From the NCBI GenBank assembly GCA_964016885.1, contig OZ024742.1:68262001-68326000 (forward strand): 64,000 nucleotides of DNA. The letters run 5' to 3'. The notes under the pieces are model-generated. The model was not told where the DNA came from and ran no database searches. It was given only the letters and a program-made list of their open reading frames with translations. The translations under genes were made by a program, and so were the position numbers. This document shows, piece by piece, positions 62,492 through 64,000 of this stretch. Position 1 is the first letter of the stretch. Each line of letters begins with the position of its first letter. The stretch comes from Eledone cirrhosa. Its lineage: Eukaryota.

Positions 62492-64000
62492 GGATGGAAT
62501 GATTGATTGGTTGAATGATTGTACACATATATAAGAGCACAAACACAATATACATTGACCTCCACCACAACATAAACACGTATAGATATACACTACAGAA
62601 ACACGCACAAACAGCACACAAAGTAAGACACGTCCACATACAATACACAAATACATACACAATAGTACGGTGGAATCAGGAAGATGACCTATAAAAATTA
62701 AATAGCAGGTTATAAACGATAAATCGATAGTTTGTTAGTTATTAAATCCCTACTCTATCACGCCTCCAAAAAGCAAAACTAAACGAACGAAAGTCTTCGA
62801 TGCCAGCCTTATCAGTGTTGCCAAGATAAGTAATGCCACTGGCCTATCATTATGGTAAAATGCCTCAGGAAAACATAAGTCAAATGTATAGAGTAACAAT
62901 ATTATTCTAACCTTGTACGCCAAAAAAGGAAAAATTAATAGTATGATCTAGAGAAAGCCTAAAATCTTCTATTTAAAGGTTTTTCTCGATACAAAAAGTA
63001 TGATATTATATTTCAATGCCAATTCTTCCATATAAATCTTGGTGAAAACGTGTCTTATCTATTAATGTTATGATCATGTTTTCTACAATTTCATGTGAAC
63101 TTCTATTGCCTCTTCTGTAGCTCCTCGGTGTTGATGAGGTGCTTCTAGCATTTTATTTTGGTGAAAGTTTGAGGATAATTGTATGTTACACCTAAATTAC
63201 TTTATTGTAGGTGTATGGATGTGTGCATGTTGTGTTGCTTTATTGTTTCGTTTATTTGTTATGTAGAATGTATTGTGAGAGTAGTGCAATTTTATTTATC
63301 ATGTAAAATACGTGTTAGCTATTTCATTGTATGGTGATTGTGTTAGATTACTAAGTGAGTTAGTTATATGTAAGAATTGATGGTAGATGTGTAGAAAGTG
63401 GGCTATCTATAATTTATGTCGCGTTATAGGATAAGATGCTGTTTTTAAGTCATTATACTTTTACAGTTTGTTTATTTCTTTTCGTGTCATATTTTGATCA
63501 CAAATGTTCAGACTTCTTCTAGAGTATATACTCATTTCTGTCTCTTATCATCACTAGTTCTTTATATTTTTCTTTCTTTTTCTCTTCGTTTCTATTTTTC
63601 ATTCTCTTTTTTCTACTTTACTTCGATTATTAAACCGAACTTTAAATTTTTATTGGATATTTGTGATATTTCTTAATTCTAATAATTTTCTAATTTATTT
63701 TCATTAATTTGTTTTCAACATACATCTACAATGCACACGTTGCTCGTATGAGTTCCATTTCCTTATAGTATTGTTTTTGTTTGTTTCTTTTTGTTTTTGT
63801 CAAGTTTGAAATTCGAGATGCATTGCGATAATGATATTTTAATTCTATCTCTGGATTTGAAGGAATTCATTTATTTTGAGTACCAGTTTTTAGTATTTGA
63901 CACACAGCCTATGCCATCTAATAGATAACTACATATTATATAATACGTATAGTAAAGCAGAAGCTTTACTCTATAAATAACACTATATATACTATGCAAA

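Overview
This is AT-rich eukaryotic (animal) repeat-dominated DNA. The very dense (TA)n/(CA)n microsatellites and the recurring tRNA-derived SINEs resemble an octopus/cephalopod genome, which is an inference and not a database match. I found no host exon, rRNA, true tRNA gene or CRISPR array, and almost all ORF-track entries are microsatellite or antisense artefacts. The real content is: (1) an apparently intact ~5.8 kb L1/Tx1-type non-LTR retrotransposon (ORF1 with zinc knuckle; ORF2 APE-RT-zinc finger) between two (GATA)n tracts; (2) a near-full-length Penelope-like element (PLE; RT plus GIY-YIG, Naiad-like motifs) with direct and inverted pseudo-LTRs, plus several PLE fragments; (3) many hammerhead ribozyme (HHR) motifs, four near-canonical, some with a U3-A8 core or an extended stem II, often in small non-coding palindromic or tandem units; (4) a mariner derivative with two 3' ends; (5) non-autonomous Helitrons, dimeric SINEs, decayed LINEs and many fold-back palindromes. 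All folds and alignments were done by eye, and coordinates of degraded elements are approximate.
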